Positions 50,813-63,664 of a DNA stretch of 64,000 nucleotides are shown here, one piece after another; the first letter of the stretch is position 1, and each line of letters starts with the position of its first letter. Origin of the DNA: Octopus vulgaris (taxonomy: Eukaryota); contig OX597818.1 in the NCBI GenBank assembly GCA_951406725.2, forward strand, positions 142,600,001 to 142,664,000, written 5' to 3'. A program made the position numbers and the translations under genes. The notes beneath the pieces are model-generated. The model saw nothing but the letters and a program-made list of their open reading frames with translations, did no database searches and had not been told where the DNA came from.

Positions 50813-51448
50813 CTGCAACAATTAATCATATTAAATAAATCGCAGACAGACATCACTAAGTGAATATTGTGTGAAAGTAGAGGGAAATCGTCGACAATAT
50901 GGTCTTAATAGAGAGTGGAATGAGAGAACTGGTAGAATGCCAGACAAAATGCAATAAGCTACAGCTACTCATTGATAACCACTATTTTGATAAACACGGT
51001 TTTAATTACTGCCAAAGCTAATTATTCCTTAATTTATACCATAGAAAATGTTATTACCGTATTTCAAAAATTATGTGTAAGCATCTGTGAATGAACATCT
51101 GAGCCAAGTATCGTGTCGTATCTTCACTGCAGAACCTGTTTCTCTGCCAGTCACCAGATGTATAATGAGTACGTTACACGTTTGTTTACAAATTTGCAAC
51201 GTGCCTTTGACATAAAAATTTTACCCCTCCATGTTACTCCCACAAATCATAAAAAAAATTGCAGAAAATAGTTAAAAGAGAGAAAAGATATTACTTTAGA
51301 TATGATAACCGAAATTATTATATAGTTTGACCGAAGCTGAACAAAGCCAAAATCAGAAATGAGTACGTCATAATGCTATTATTTCCTGTATTCATTCACT
51401 TCACCCAAATCAAGTTAAAGCAACATCGATATCATTATAGATTCAATG

Positions 51449-51931
51449 GGATCTTTTCTGTTTGGTTGCCAGCGGCTCCAAAAATTTAAGTTTACCGAAA
51501 ATTAAATAATTTGGCACAATAGTACACCTGTTTTCAATGTTTCCATAGAAGAAGCGAAATTACTGAAGCTTGCTGCCATAATTACATAGAACACGGCGTC
51601 AAATTTGTTAACACGTGATTTCTCGCAGATAAAAGATTTTTCAAAGACTGCTCGGATTCGCTTGTTACTATGGCATTAGGCACGGTGAGAGACAATAGAG
51701 TTCTCATGTTCCGCTTCTTACTATAGAAACAGCCATGAATATGTCTGATGCTTACGATTAGCTAAAATTACAAAAATTTTCGAACTTCAATTACTAATAA
51801 CTCTTTATCTATTGATTTATAGCGAAAATTACTTTCACGTCATTAATTAGCCTATAAAAGTGTATCATTATATTGAGTATGAAATCAATTCGAACAGAAA
51901 ATTGACGCTGGCAACCAAACAGAAAAGATTC
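51449..51931. mobile_element. Merlin-like MITE, second GGATCTTTT-TIR subfamily
   Basis: TIRs ggatcttttctgtttggttgccagcg / cgctggcaaccaaacagaaaagattc; TSD attcaatg/atgcaacg. Confidence 0.87.
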
Positions 51932-52544
51932 ATGCAACGTACTAAGAACTGAAGTTCGATATTGATAGAGAATCTATTAATATTTTAGTTAGAAGACTGA
52001 AAACAGTGTTTATTTATTGAGCGAAGGGTCCAGTTATTATTTTTTAAAGAGCTGCAACAATCAGTCTTTACTGATTGGCATTAAATTACTTATTGACATA
52101 CTCCAGCCTCTTGCCGACAAATTTTCTGCCACTTTATCGTGACTATAATAGCTTCTGTTCGTTAAATTTGGTTTGTCTCGTAACTCCTCCATTCATGTGC
52201 CCCCAACCACTCTCATCTCTCCACCCTTTAGTCACCCTTATAGCGTCTACCCATCCAACTCTGTATTGACCACTATATTCAGTTCTTCACCAGAACATCG
52301 GCCCCTCTAGAATTTTCTCCCATTTTATGTCTTTCCTACAGGTGTCGGCCTGCAACAATTTAAACGTAACAATAACAGCATTAAGCTCATTGGTCTCGGA
52401 AGGCTTGAACAGTCATGGACACTAAAGACCCTTCCTAAGCTCAGTAAGAAAAAGACACACAACGACAATCACAAAAATATACTGATCCCTAAAGTCATGT
52501 TTGAATTACGTCGCATTTTTCATTGAAAAGTTGAAAGTATTATT

Positions 52545-52948
52545 CTTTACTCTCTTTTACTTCTTTCAGTCATTTGACTGTGGCCATGCTGGAGCACCGC
52601 CTTTAGTCGAGCAAATCGACCCCAGGACATTCTTTGGAAGCCTAGTACTTATTCTATCGGTCTCTTTTGCCGAACCGCTAAGTTACGGGGACGTAAACAC
52701 ACCAGCATCGGTTGTCAAGCGATGTTGGGAGGACAAACGCAAACACACAAACACACACACACACATACATATATATACATATACATATATACGACGGGCT
52801 TCTTTTAGTTTCCGTCTACCAAATCCACTCACAAGGCTTTGGTCGGCCCGAGGCTATAGTAGAAGACACTTGACCAAGGTGCCACGCAGTGGGACTGAAC
52901 CCGGGACCATGTGGTTGGTAAGCAAGCTGCTTACTACACAGCCACTCC
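52545..52948 (-). mobile_element. Family B SINE, near consensus
   Basis: High similarity to 3990-4408. Confidence 0.93.
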
Positions 52949-54171
52949 AGAAAAATAATTTAGCTTTCGAATTCCTTTTGATTCTTGATAATGACCATGG
53001 ACATCCTAAACTCAATGATTATTGTGTGGATTGTACTTTTTATCACTAAATATGACATCGTGTTATAAGTGCAATATTCATGGCCCATTATATTCGCAGA
53101 ATATCCTCACAGGCGATTAAAGTTACGACTGGGGAAGATGCTGTTACTTTTCAAGAATGAGAAATTTCAAATTTCAAACAAGCAGGTGAAAATATTTACG
53201 AATCGTTGGAAAAAAAAAAGTGACAACCTGCAGCAAGAGAGCAGAATCTTTTTGCTTGGATGAGCTTATGATTTTAGAGTAGCTTCAAAACTCTACTAAA
53301 CGAAAAGACCTTGGCTCCGAGGATATTGATCCGGGAAGTGTTCATGAATTATTGGTTTTGCGTTCAAAAGACGTAAGTGACGATGATTTCAATGGAACCA
53401 AGCATCAAAAAGAACATAATGAAGACGGATGTTAGAAAGAAAAAATAAATAGAAAACGGAAAATATTTCAAAGGAAAAAGCAGTGAAAGAATTTGATGAA
53501 TTTTTTTTCAGGCTAAAGTGTCGACTAAACAGCGTTTAATGGATATGGATCAGAATATCGACTGAAACGAGCGTTCGTTGAGGTTTAGATTGTATTACAA
53601 CAAAGAATTAACAATCAGGGATGCTTTTAAGTGGACAAGAAAGCATTTTTATGCTGATATTAAAACAGTCTTCGGTTTCCAGTGACATATATAGCGTTTA
53701 AGGTTAAACTAATTATAATTGAAATATTTTATATTTTTTTTAAATTTCCGCTTAAGGAATTTGGAAATTAAAAATAACGAAGACTTTTGACAAAAATGAT
53801 AGAAATAAAACTTATTAAAAATTTCTTTAACATCCGTTTTAAATGTTTTTTTCATTTACTTGTATTACTGCCCAGTTGATTATACTGGTCAACAAAAAAC
53901 AAGTTTTTACGCTACTTTGAAAGTAAGACCGATTAACGGTTATTTCGGGGGCATTGATTTCAAATATATCATCAATTTTACCCCCACCACCTCTAGTTTC
54001 AGAGATAAAACATACTTCTTTATATATTGATGAATCCACTTTAAAAAAATGGAAAGCAAGGTTTACTATATCGGAGGAATATCGTCTCCTTCCATCATTC
54101 TTCTTGTTCTCTATGTAGTTCAGGCTTCCGGCAGGCGAAGAGAAAAGACTTCAAGCACAAATACTATTTAC

Positions 54172-54314
54172 CGGAAAGGTGAAGTGTGCTGCTCTCAGCT
54201 ACCATCTTACGCTCCGATAGTATGGGTGCATTGCCTCGGGAGATAGACAGGCATAAAACCTCTGCCGGTGTTGGTGTTCAGCCAGTGCTGCTGTGTTGAG
54301 GCGCCGAAGAAAAG
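54172..54314 (-). other. Putative first exon; coding part 54205-54172 = MVAESSTLHLS plus 1 nt
   Basis: Starts about 29 nt after a TATA box at a pyrimidine tract CTTTTCTTC; ATG in context aagATGG; donor CCG|GTAAAT. An alternative donor C|GTAAGA lies at 54210. Confidence 0.45.
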
Positions 54315-54460
54315 AAATTTGAAGAGGGTTTTCCTTTTATATAGTTTTCTCCATCGCGAGCCTCGTTGTGATCTCGCGCATGGCAAATGGATGCAGGTGA
54401 GGTCTCGCTCCAGTCTCGGAGATGGCAATGGCTGCCGCGAGATCTCTTCCAATATGGCAC
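54315..54460 (-). promoter_or_regulatory. CpG-rich putative Pol II promoter with TATA box and CGCG-like motifs
   Basis: TATATAAAAGG at 54343-54333 (minus strand); several TCTCGCGAGA-like words (atcgcgag, tctcgcgc, ccgcgaga); CCAAT at 54449; non-repetitive and GC-enriched. Confidence 0.5.
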
Positions 54461-55285
54461 TGACTGCTTGTGCTGCTACACACTTATACGCTAAAATTAG
54501 TGACCTCAGTTGCACTTTACATTTTGGTGCCTTAGAAGTTAGACCTAACTTTTGGATATATTTGAAACACCGAGTTCAAAAATGGCATGTTTTGCTATAT
54601 CAACTCTCATTGGTATAGTATTTTGATAGAAAAATAGTACCATTAATGCTATTAATATATCATATGCTATTAAGACAACTAACTAAATGTTACTAAGCCA
54701 GTTTATTTCAGTACAAAGATTTAGAAGGCACTTGATTCGAATTTATAGTAATTGCGACTCGCATAAAACATATAAAAGGACCATTCATTCAACACATAAG
54801 ATTCTTTTATAAGACTTTCTAAAATGGGATTCACTTAGGTAGTCATACTGAAGGTCCCAGCAGTAATGTACCATCATCTACGCATCTCACTTTCTCTCTT
54901 CCATTACCTATGTATCTAATTTAATGAAAATTTCGCCCTTGAAAGCAGTTTTAATGAGTGCAGAGATAATGAACCGTCATGCTCATGTTACAGCCAAGTT
55001 CATTAAAATTGGAGAGCATATACTAATTCAAAGTAGTCGGGTACTTAACAGATGCTAAAAAAAACTTTTATAAACTAGAACTAACGAAGATCATGCACAG
55101 GAATCAATGTTGTTCACTGAAACTATGAAATTTGAATCTTTTATAAGTTCTTTGATGACCATAAAAATCAATGTTTTAATTTTTTCCAGGATAGGAAATT
55201 TACCGTATTAATGACCAAAGCGTTTAACCTTTCTGCTGAAATAAACTGATTTATTGATTTATGATTATTTCAGTAGCAGGAAATA

Positions 55286-55510
55286 TTGGTTTGTCCGGAA
55301 AGTTCGTGCCGATTTATAGTAGCTTACCTTTCGACATACCCTCCCAGGTACCTCAATTCTGGGAAGAGGGTATTTTCAAGTTAAAGGAAAGATGGAGACG
55401 CATTGTGCAACAAAATGGTTCATATTTGGTTGATTAAAAATGTAACGGCAAGTATTTATTGACCTTTTTCTTTCCTTTAAAAATCGGCACGAACTTTCCG
55501 GACAACCCAA
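55286..55510 (+). mobile_element. Mariner deletion derivative
   Basis: 30-bp TIRs ttggtttgtccggaaagttcgtgccgattt, TA flanks; retains transposase C-terminus FWEEGIFKLKERWRRIVQQNGSYLVD* (55357-55437). Confidence 0.94.
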
Positions 55511-55974
55511 TATATTAATAGTATTAATATTATTATTGTATTAAAAAAAATTAGCACGTCAAAACTGACGCCAGTTTTGGAATCAAATATATCCAAGACC
55601 AGCTCTAACTTTTAACCCCTTAACTTTCAGATTACTCTGTCAAATGTAATAGTTATTTGTTCACATTGTTTTCAGTTAATCATGTATTAACTTGGAGATT
55701 TCAATGATGTGATTGTTTAGTTTTAGAATAACATTGTAGAGTAGACACGAGAGGCCAAATCTGCCCAGTTTGAATATAAAACAGGGAGACTATTTGGGTC
55801 AAATATGGCCGGTTTGAATGCTAAAAGGTTAATGTATCAAAACCTAAGGTCCAACGAGAGGTCACTCATTTCAGCGTACGAGAGGCTAAGCCAAGATGTA
55901 AAGCTACATACTTATCTTCAAAACTAGAGATGATAGAACAAAACTGATGTGGTATTTACAATCAGCAAACCGTC

Positions 55975-56182
55975 GCGCTGGCAGAATCATTAGCACGCCG
56001 GACAAAAGGCTCAACGGCATTTCGTCCGCCTTTACATTCTAAATTCAGATTCCGCCGAGGTCGATTTTGTTTTTCATCCTTTCGGGGTCAATAAAGTATG
56101 TACTAGTTAAGCCCTGGGATCGATATAATAGACTTACCTCTTTCCCAAAATTGCTGGCCTTGTGCCCATATTTGAAACCAAT
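55975..56182 (+). mobile_element. Family A-related SINE
   Basis: gctggcagaatcattagcacgccgg..tttcatcctttcggggtc..gctggccttgtgcc. Confidence 0.87.
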
Positions 56183-56322
56183 ATTTATAATGAGAGTCCA
56201 AATATTATCAAGAACAGGTCAACTTCTAAGGCACCAAAAGTAGGTGACCAGTATCATTGTAATCAGCTACTATTTAATGGCGATAATTTAAAAAAAATTG
56301 AACATGTTATAGTACAAAAACA

Positions 56323-56743
56323 GGATCTTTTCAGTTTGAACGGCAGTTTTTAACATAATTTCTAGGTAGCTAAAAAAATTTAAACTTCGTATACTGGTAG
56401 AATGTGTTTATAAAACATCTTTTTCTCTTGGCTTTATTGAGAAAATTCTATAGTTTGTAAGATATTTGCTGCGTTTTTGTTTTTTTCAATTTCTGCAATT
56501 TCAACCAATCAATGACGTCCATTGAGTTAAAAAACATTCTGTGCTGTATGAATATGTCCCTCGTTTAAGAAACAGATTGGGTTTATTTACATTTGTGAAG
56601 AAAAAAAGATACCCTTCCCCCCACCCCTAACCCTAACCCTAAAACAGATTGAAATGCGATAGATCGATACTGGGGTCATAATTATGGGTGACAATTTCAT
56701 ATGACACCGCTAGAAAAAACTGCCGTTCAAACCGAAAAGATCC
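56323..56743. mobile_element. Merlin-like MITE, copy 2 of 44505-44916, with internal (CCCTAA)3
   Basis: Same TIRs; TSD caaaaaca/caaaagca. Confidence 0.92.
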
Positions 56744-56876
56744 CAAAAGCATTGATGTGGTAGGCATTAACCAATGTGGTTTTCTGGTTCAGGGCCTCGA
56801 AATGAGTTTAAAAAGAAAAAACTCACTCCCAGATCTAAGCCAGCAAAAATTGTTTTGCCCAGGGTCGTCGTATGTA

Positions 56877-57097
56877 CAGTAATTTCTCGCCATATCGCGG
56901 TTCACTTATCGCGTTTTATTATTTAAGCTTACTTCGATTCCGCCGTGGTGCTGTTTTACATTTATAAAGAAATAAATACATACAAATTATGAAATTTTTT
57001 AAAAAATACAGTACAGTACTGTTTCTACTTCACGGATTTTCACCTATCGCGGGGGTGGGGGTGGAACGTAAGACCCGCGATAGTCGATGGATCACTG
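56877..57097. mobile_element. Tigger-like MITE
   Basis: TA|cagtaatttctcgccatatcgcg .. cgcgatagtcgatggatcactg|TA. Confidence 0.78.
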
Positions 57098-59595
57098 TAT
57101 TTGAAAATTTGAGAAATATCAATTCAAAAATTTGCTCAATGTTTCTAAATTTGTGATGGAAACTATAAAGAGTAGTTGAGATAGAGCAGTACTTATTTAT
57201 TTTAATTAGCTGTCCCGTATTTCTATTCCATTTCTTTTCTTTTCTTTTTTTTTCTTGTAAGCAAGGATTTGAAATTCATTTTATATCAGAAAAAAATCTA
57301 GGTAGATTATCTCGATCAACGGTAAGAATGAAAACAATCAGAATACTAAAGCTAATTTGCAGCAGATATGTTGTTTAGACTCCATATCAGCATAGATCAA
57401 ACACATCTTTGGCCAAAGGCGTTCCAGCTATGACCATCGCGTATTTTTTATTCAGTTACGCTGCATTAGGGACTGCATTATCCAAAGTATTCTTGAGAGA
57501 GAACTGACAGTTGTTACAGCTGGATTAAACGACCACATAGTCTCTGCCTCGTCATATTAGATCGTAGGCTAAACATTTACTGCTGCTCTGTTTTTTTTTT
57601 CTTTTACAGCTACAGACATACACACACACAGAAAGAAAGACTCCTCGCATACAAATATAGAAAACGGACACATATACAAATATTCACCGACATGCATACA
57701 TATGAATAACAGATTCCCCAGAGCTCACAAGTACACACACACAGCAAGATAGCGCATGCACTCTCAAATACATACACATTTATGCATGCAAACTGTATAT
57801 AAACTTGATACACATTCATAAACAAACGATCTACCATACATACATTAAAACCCATACACTCACAAAATACTAGATAAATTCTCACATCACACGCACACAC
57901 TCACACACACACGCAGGCCTAAATATATACATTAATTCATTCAGAATGTCACATATCACACAACCACATACACAGGTATTAAATAACACATGTAAAGATC
58001 TCAGGTAAGACTCAACAATATAGCAAAAAAAAAAAATGCGGTGGAATACTTTTGACTGCCAGAAGTAATGTTTTATACATTTAGGGAGCATCTGTAGCAA
58101 TTTATTTTTTAGTTTGGAAGTATTTTCTGATGGAATTAGATGAAGAGGATGTTGGGTTATTTTTTTCTTTTAAACACTTTAATTATTGTTTATAGCAAAC
58201 TGACAGTTTCATATGTTTTTAACGAGAAACAAATGTGTTGATATTGTGAGAGAATATACATCTTCGTTATCTTCACCTGCCAGTAACTTCGCTAATACCG
58301 ACGTCTTCCGAGATAGTGCATTGTAACATGCAAGTGGACCCTTTATAAGCATACAAAATCACGCACATAGATTTATGCATACACACACACACACCCTATA
58401 TATGTGTATATATATATTATATATAAGCATACGTACATATGTACTTAAGGAATGAATTCCTACGAAAGGGAATAGTATTGAAGGAAGGTTCTTTAAATTT
58501 TCCCAAATCACAAAGCACCAGGCTCAGATCGTGTATCGTGATATTGGTACAAGTATTTCATCTCTTTCTTAAGAAATTAGTTTCTGAAGTGTGAAATAAG
58601 GACTTTCTAGCCTCACTCCACACATGATTCATCAAATGTCCTTTTTCACACCATCATCCTTCTTTCTCTATCGGCAGTCATACCAGTAACACCATCTTCC
58701 TCTACTTTCCGTTGAAGATTTCAGGACGTTAGACTTTCCATCCTCCACTGTAATCGAGCTTTTCGATATTCTAGAAATTCTTTGCGTTTCTTTAGGTCAA
58801 TTATTGCTGACCCGCCCCCTCATTTTCTTCGGATTCCAAACGTTATATTGTATGCGCAACATCTGAAGGTTGACAAAATGAATCGGAGAAAAACAGCGAA
58901 AGAAAACCCGCATCAGCTGAGCTGTGCTGCAGTTCAAGTGTCAAAACATATCTGAAAATGTATCGCGTGGTTGGTTGACCAAAACATTGCGATAAACCAA
59001 ATTCCAGAAGATTTGGTAATTACACTTCACCAAGACATGATACATCAAATTCTTCACAAAAGATGAACACCTTCTTTGAGATGCGTTACATAAAAAGATA
59101 TACTACAACTTAAAAATTGGCGATACAGATTTTTATCTTCTTGCTTGATCAACTGTCATGCTTACTAAAGAAACAACTAGCCTACTACAGCTTTACACAG
59201 TTCATATATCAAGATCTTTACACAAACTATATAACAAACATACACATCTTTATATTGACCTACAATACCTTTACATAATCTACATAAACTTCCAATACCA
59301 TTATAAAATCCATACAACAAACATACAATATCTCTATTGTATTTATTATGGAGAGGAAGAAGAAATTAATAGCACAATACAACCAAAGCGTGAAAACTAC
59401 AAATATTTCGAGCACTATAACAATGTTCAATCTAATGGTCTCGTTAACACAGAGTTAAGAGCCACTGATGCTGAGGTTCCATTGTTGGTTATTTGTTGTG
59501 ATGGTTTTAATGACAGACTTCTGCATACGGAACATAGAATTACGTGACAATGATCAAGGATGCTAAATGTGCTTTATTATAAAGTTGAAAGGAAA

Positions 59596-59822
59596 GACGG
59601 CGAGCTTGGCAGAATCGTTAGCACGCCGGGCGAAATGCTTAGCAGTATTTCGTCTGCCGCTACGTTCTGAGATCAAATTCCGCCGAGGTCGACTTTGCCT
59701 TTCAACCCTTCGGGGATCGATTAAATAAATACCAGTTACGCACTGAGGTCAATATAATCGACTTAATCCGTTTGTCTGTCCTTATTTGTCCCCTCTGCGT
59801 GTAGCCCCTTGTGGGCAATGAA
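59596..59822 (+). mobile_element. Full-length family A SINE
   Basis: TSD gaaaggaaa; CpGs intact. Confidence 0.93.
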
Positions 59823-60528
59823 GAAAGGAAAAGCTGCAACGTTTTGCTCATTTCCGAGATGATAGCAAGATACATGAAACAAAATGGTTTCGAAATGGAA
59901 GCGAAAATGAACCCGAGACTCAGTTCGCTGAAAATGATACGAATAGGGAATGCGAAAGATCTCGGGTAAAAGTACCTATGAGAAACATTCAAATTAAGAA
60001 CATGAATCAAGGCTATCTAAATAGCAGACAGTTCGAAATCATCATTGATGCTGCCTACTCCACAAGAGTTGACAGCAGAGTTCGTATTTATATTTTCTTC
60101 TCAGTTACTGAAAAGTACTACGCCCAAAGAGTAGACTGGCTTCTCCAGAACCGATATTATCGGTATTTCATATTAGTGCCAAGAGCAAAGTTTCTGACCA
60201 TAGCATGATTTTCCCCCAATCCCAACTCTAGTCAATAAACGGAAGATTGCCCCTAAACATCAAGACATATATATTAATCCTGATCACTTCTATTACATTT
60301 TTCCTCTTCCACTCATAAAGAACACAGGCACATGGGAGTAGCTGCTGCCAAACCTTCGTCACTAGACAGTAACTCCATGCTCGGTAACACATCAATACCA
60401 ATTCCAGTGAATGGTATTAAGAACTACCACGCTCCCATCATATCCACATCGCTCGCCGCCGATGTGGATATCTCCAGAATCTACAAATATGTAGATTAGA
60501 CAATCTAGAAAGAATTATATTGCCAATG

Positions 60529-60568
<40 letters not shown>

Positions 60569-60888
60569 ATAATTTCTAAGTTTAAGAATATCTAACGTAA
60601 CAGATTGGTTTGTAATATCGTTGACCACCAGCAGTAATTTTCTTAATCTCTCAAATATATATTTTTTAATATGGTGACATAAAAAGTACGAAAGCGCCCA
60701 TAAGTAAATAAAACTAAAATCAAGTTACCCTCACCTGCCAACGTGGTACGACGTCACATATTCTGGCTCCATCTACATTATCTAGAGACATTGTATCTGG
60801 GCATCTGGGCAATACAAAAATCTTTAGAAATAGTTTGTGCAACGGGGTTGCATAACACTATGCACAAATATATGGGGGTTATCGAATA

Positions 60889-61250
60889 GGCGCGGTAAGA
60901 AGTTTGCTTCCTAACCACATGCTGCCGGGTTCAGTCCCACTACGTGGCACCTTGGCAAGCGTCTTACTATAGCTTCATGCCGACCAAAGCCTTGTGAGTG
61001 GATTTGGTAGACAGAAATTGAAAGAAGCCTCTCTGTATGTGGGGAGAGTGTGTGTGTTCTCCACCCCACTCCACCCCCGTCGCTTGACAACGGATGTTGG
61101 TGTTTACGTCTCTGTAACCTAGCAGTTCGGCAAAAGTAAGCGATAGAGTAAGTACTAAGCTTACAAAGAATAAGTCCTGTTGTCGATTTCTTCAACTAAA
61201 AAGTTTTTAAGGCAATGCTCCAGCATGGCCGCAGTCAAGGAATAAAAGAA
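60889..61250 (+). mobile_element. Family B SINE
   Basis: Similarity to other copies. Confidence 0.88.
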
Positions 61251-61613
61251 TATGTGTGTGTGTGTGTGTGTGTGTGTGTAGTAATAAAAACAATTTTACA
61301 TTAAACTAAAGGATTGATTGATTACTCAATACTTTTTGAAAAGGACATACTTATTACTCCTTACTCTTCTACAATAATAGGGACAGTGGATAAGGACGAA
61401 TAACACGGCAACAAATGAATTGAGGTCAAAACAGAGAATACGATTGGTTAAAATTCGAAGAATTAAACTACGTAAAAGTTACAAAATACATTTTTCTCAA
61501 AAAAAACTAATTGAAATTAATGTTTTCTTTTGACACATTCTACCACTATACGAAGTTTCAAATTATTTAGTTAAGTAGAAAATTCTGTCCATCTTTTAGA
61601 AAAGATCCGGAAC

Positions 61614-61692
61614 AGTGACTTCGAAGTTACAGCCAAGTAGCCTTCATCGGACTGTCCTATGAAAGCTAAGAGACCGAAACTGCGAAGTCACT
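61614..61692. repeat. Degenerate palindrome whose arms each resemble a hammerhead core
   Basis: gtcctatgaaagct..accgaaactgcgaagtcact versus the reverse complement of the left arm, gtccgatgaaggct..gctgtaacttcgaagtcact. Confidence 0.6.
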
Positions 61693-61734
61693 ATCATCAC
61701 TATTTTTGTAAAAGTGCACACACACACACACACA

Positions 61735-61819
<85 letters not shown>

Positions 61820-61932
61820 CAAAGAGAGTGTGCATTATGTAAATAGATAATGACTAAATGTGCAAAAATATAAACAAAATTCTCTCGTTTAAGAATAAGA
61901 AACTCGATTAAAAAAAATATATTCAAAATAAC

Positions 61933-61985
<53 letters not shown>

Positions 61986-62483
61986 ATATACATCTAAAAT
62001 GATTAGGACTCCTACAACAGCTGCTTTTTATTAATAAATGAGGTTAGGACGGAAGTTATGAATATATGACCTACACAGTTCTTAAGACCTCGCTAAAAGT
62101 TCTATTGATTCTTCAGAAGACCTGAGGTGTCAGAAAAGGTTTAATGTTTAGACAGTATGGGTGAGATGAAGCCAATACTTGCTTCATGTGCATTTGGGTT
62201 TGTTTGTGGTTAACACACTTCCGTTTTCCACATACACAAACACATACATGAATACCAGTATCCCTCTGCGCTCGCGCGCATCTATACACACAGTATTACA
62301 CACACATACATATATGCTTATGAACACATGTATATATGCTTATGAACACATACATATATGCTTATGAACACATGTATTTTTGTGTGTGAATATGTCTACT
62401 TTGTGAATAGATGTATTTGTGTATACATAATTGACGTATGTTTGTGCGGATATAATTGCATGCGAGTATGCATGTGTAAATAT

Positions 62484-62788
62484 CACGTGATCACGTGATC
62501 GACCAGTCCATCAGATGTAGTTACACATCGCTGGTCACAATGCGTTCGCATTGTTTTAGCCTTCGAATGGCGCCACCCCGCTGGCTAAGCGAGCAGGCCA
62601 ACAGAAGAAAGAGTGGGAGAAAGAGTGGTGAGAGAGTACAGCAGGGATCACCAACCCCTGCCGGAGCCTCGTGGAGCTTTTAGGTGTTTTCGCTCAATAA
62701 ACACTCACAACGCCCGGTCTGGGAATCGAAACCGCGATCCTACGACCGCGAGTCCGCTGCCCCAACCACTGGGCCATTGCGCCTCCAC
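62484..62788 (-). mobile_element. Family C tRNA-derived SINE
   Basis: 12-bp TSD atgtgtaaatat (62472-62483, 62789-62800). Confidence 0.94.
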
Positions 62789-63503
62789 ATGTGTAAATAT
62801 ATACATAGGAAATATGGTATCCCGAGATGAATACCGCAGTTAATCAAGATATGGTCCAAAAATATACAAAATACAAATTTTGTCTTGAAGAAAAATTTCT
62901 ACCCATAGACTTCATACGTAAAACATATCCAAGTGACGTCAGGAGACTACCAGACACGGGGGTTTCAGCATTATTTTTACCTCTTCAGTTACAGGTACCG
63001 CCAAACTAAATTGGAGCTAAACTGGAACTTTTGTTCTTCTATATAGTAAAAGGTAAACCAAACATTTGCTGGTGTGTGCTGAAGCCTGTCAAGCTAAAAT
63101 TAATTTGGCACAAACAGATGAAACAAAACCATTCCGAAACACTATGTCTTGTTTCGATGTACTTTTACACACCATGTCCACAGGGAGAAACTTTTACGCG
63201 ACAAAATATCGCAGTGCATGCTTTTCACATACAAGTGTACAAAAATCTGTTTAAAACTGTAGGACATATCTTTGTTATTTTGACCCGCTCTGCTTAGTGT
63301 GTTTATATATATATAACTGCTTTGATCTTTGTAACTAAATATATCTATTATTTCAGCTCTCGTTCCAGAGAGCCCCGTGTCGTGTGTTTCAACTTTTCTG
63401 TTTACAAAAGAGGGAAATGTGCAAATAAATAGAATAAAAACAAAACGTGAAAATTCCTTAAGATTTGTTACAGCCACAAGAAATTAGCGATATACTTCGG
63501 ATT

Positions 63504-63664
<161 letters not shown>

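Noticed and set aside
56625-56642. (CCCTAA)3 as a telomere remnant
   Set aside because: Internal to a MITE with TIRs and TSD.
57610-58004. Plus-strand acceptor (ttttcttttacAG) and donor (CAG|GTAAGA) pair
   Set aside because: Encloses degenerate CA-rich low-complexity sequence; such sites arise often by chance.
58276-60781. Further minus-strand exon candidates (about 58276-58340, acceptor near 58863, about 60735-60781)
   Set aside because: Weaker splice sites, and the joins I tried hit stops quickly; not supportable without RNA data.
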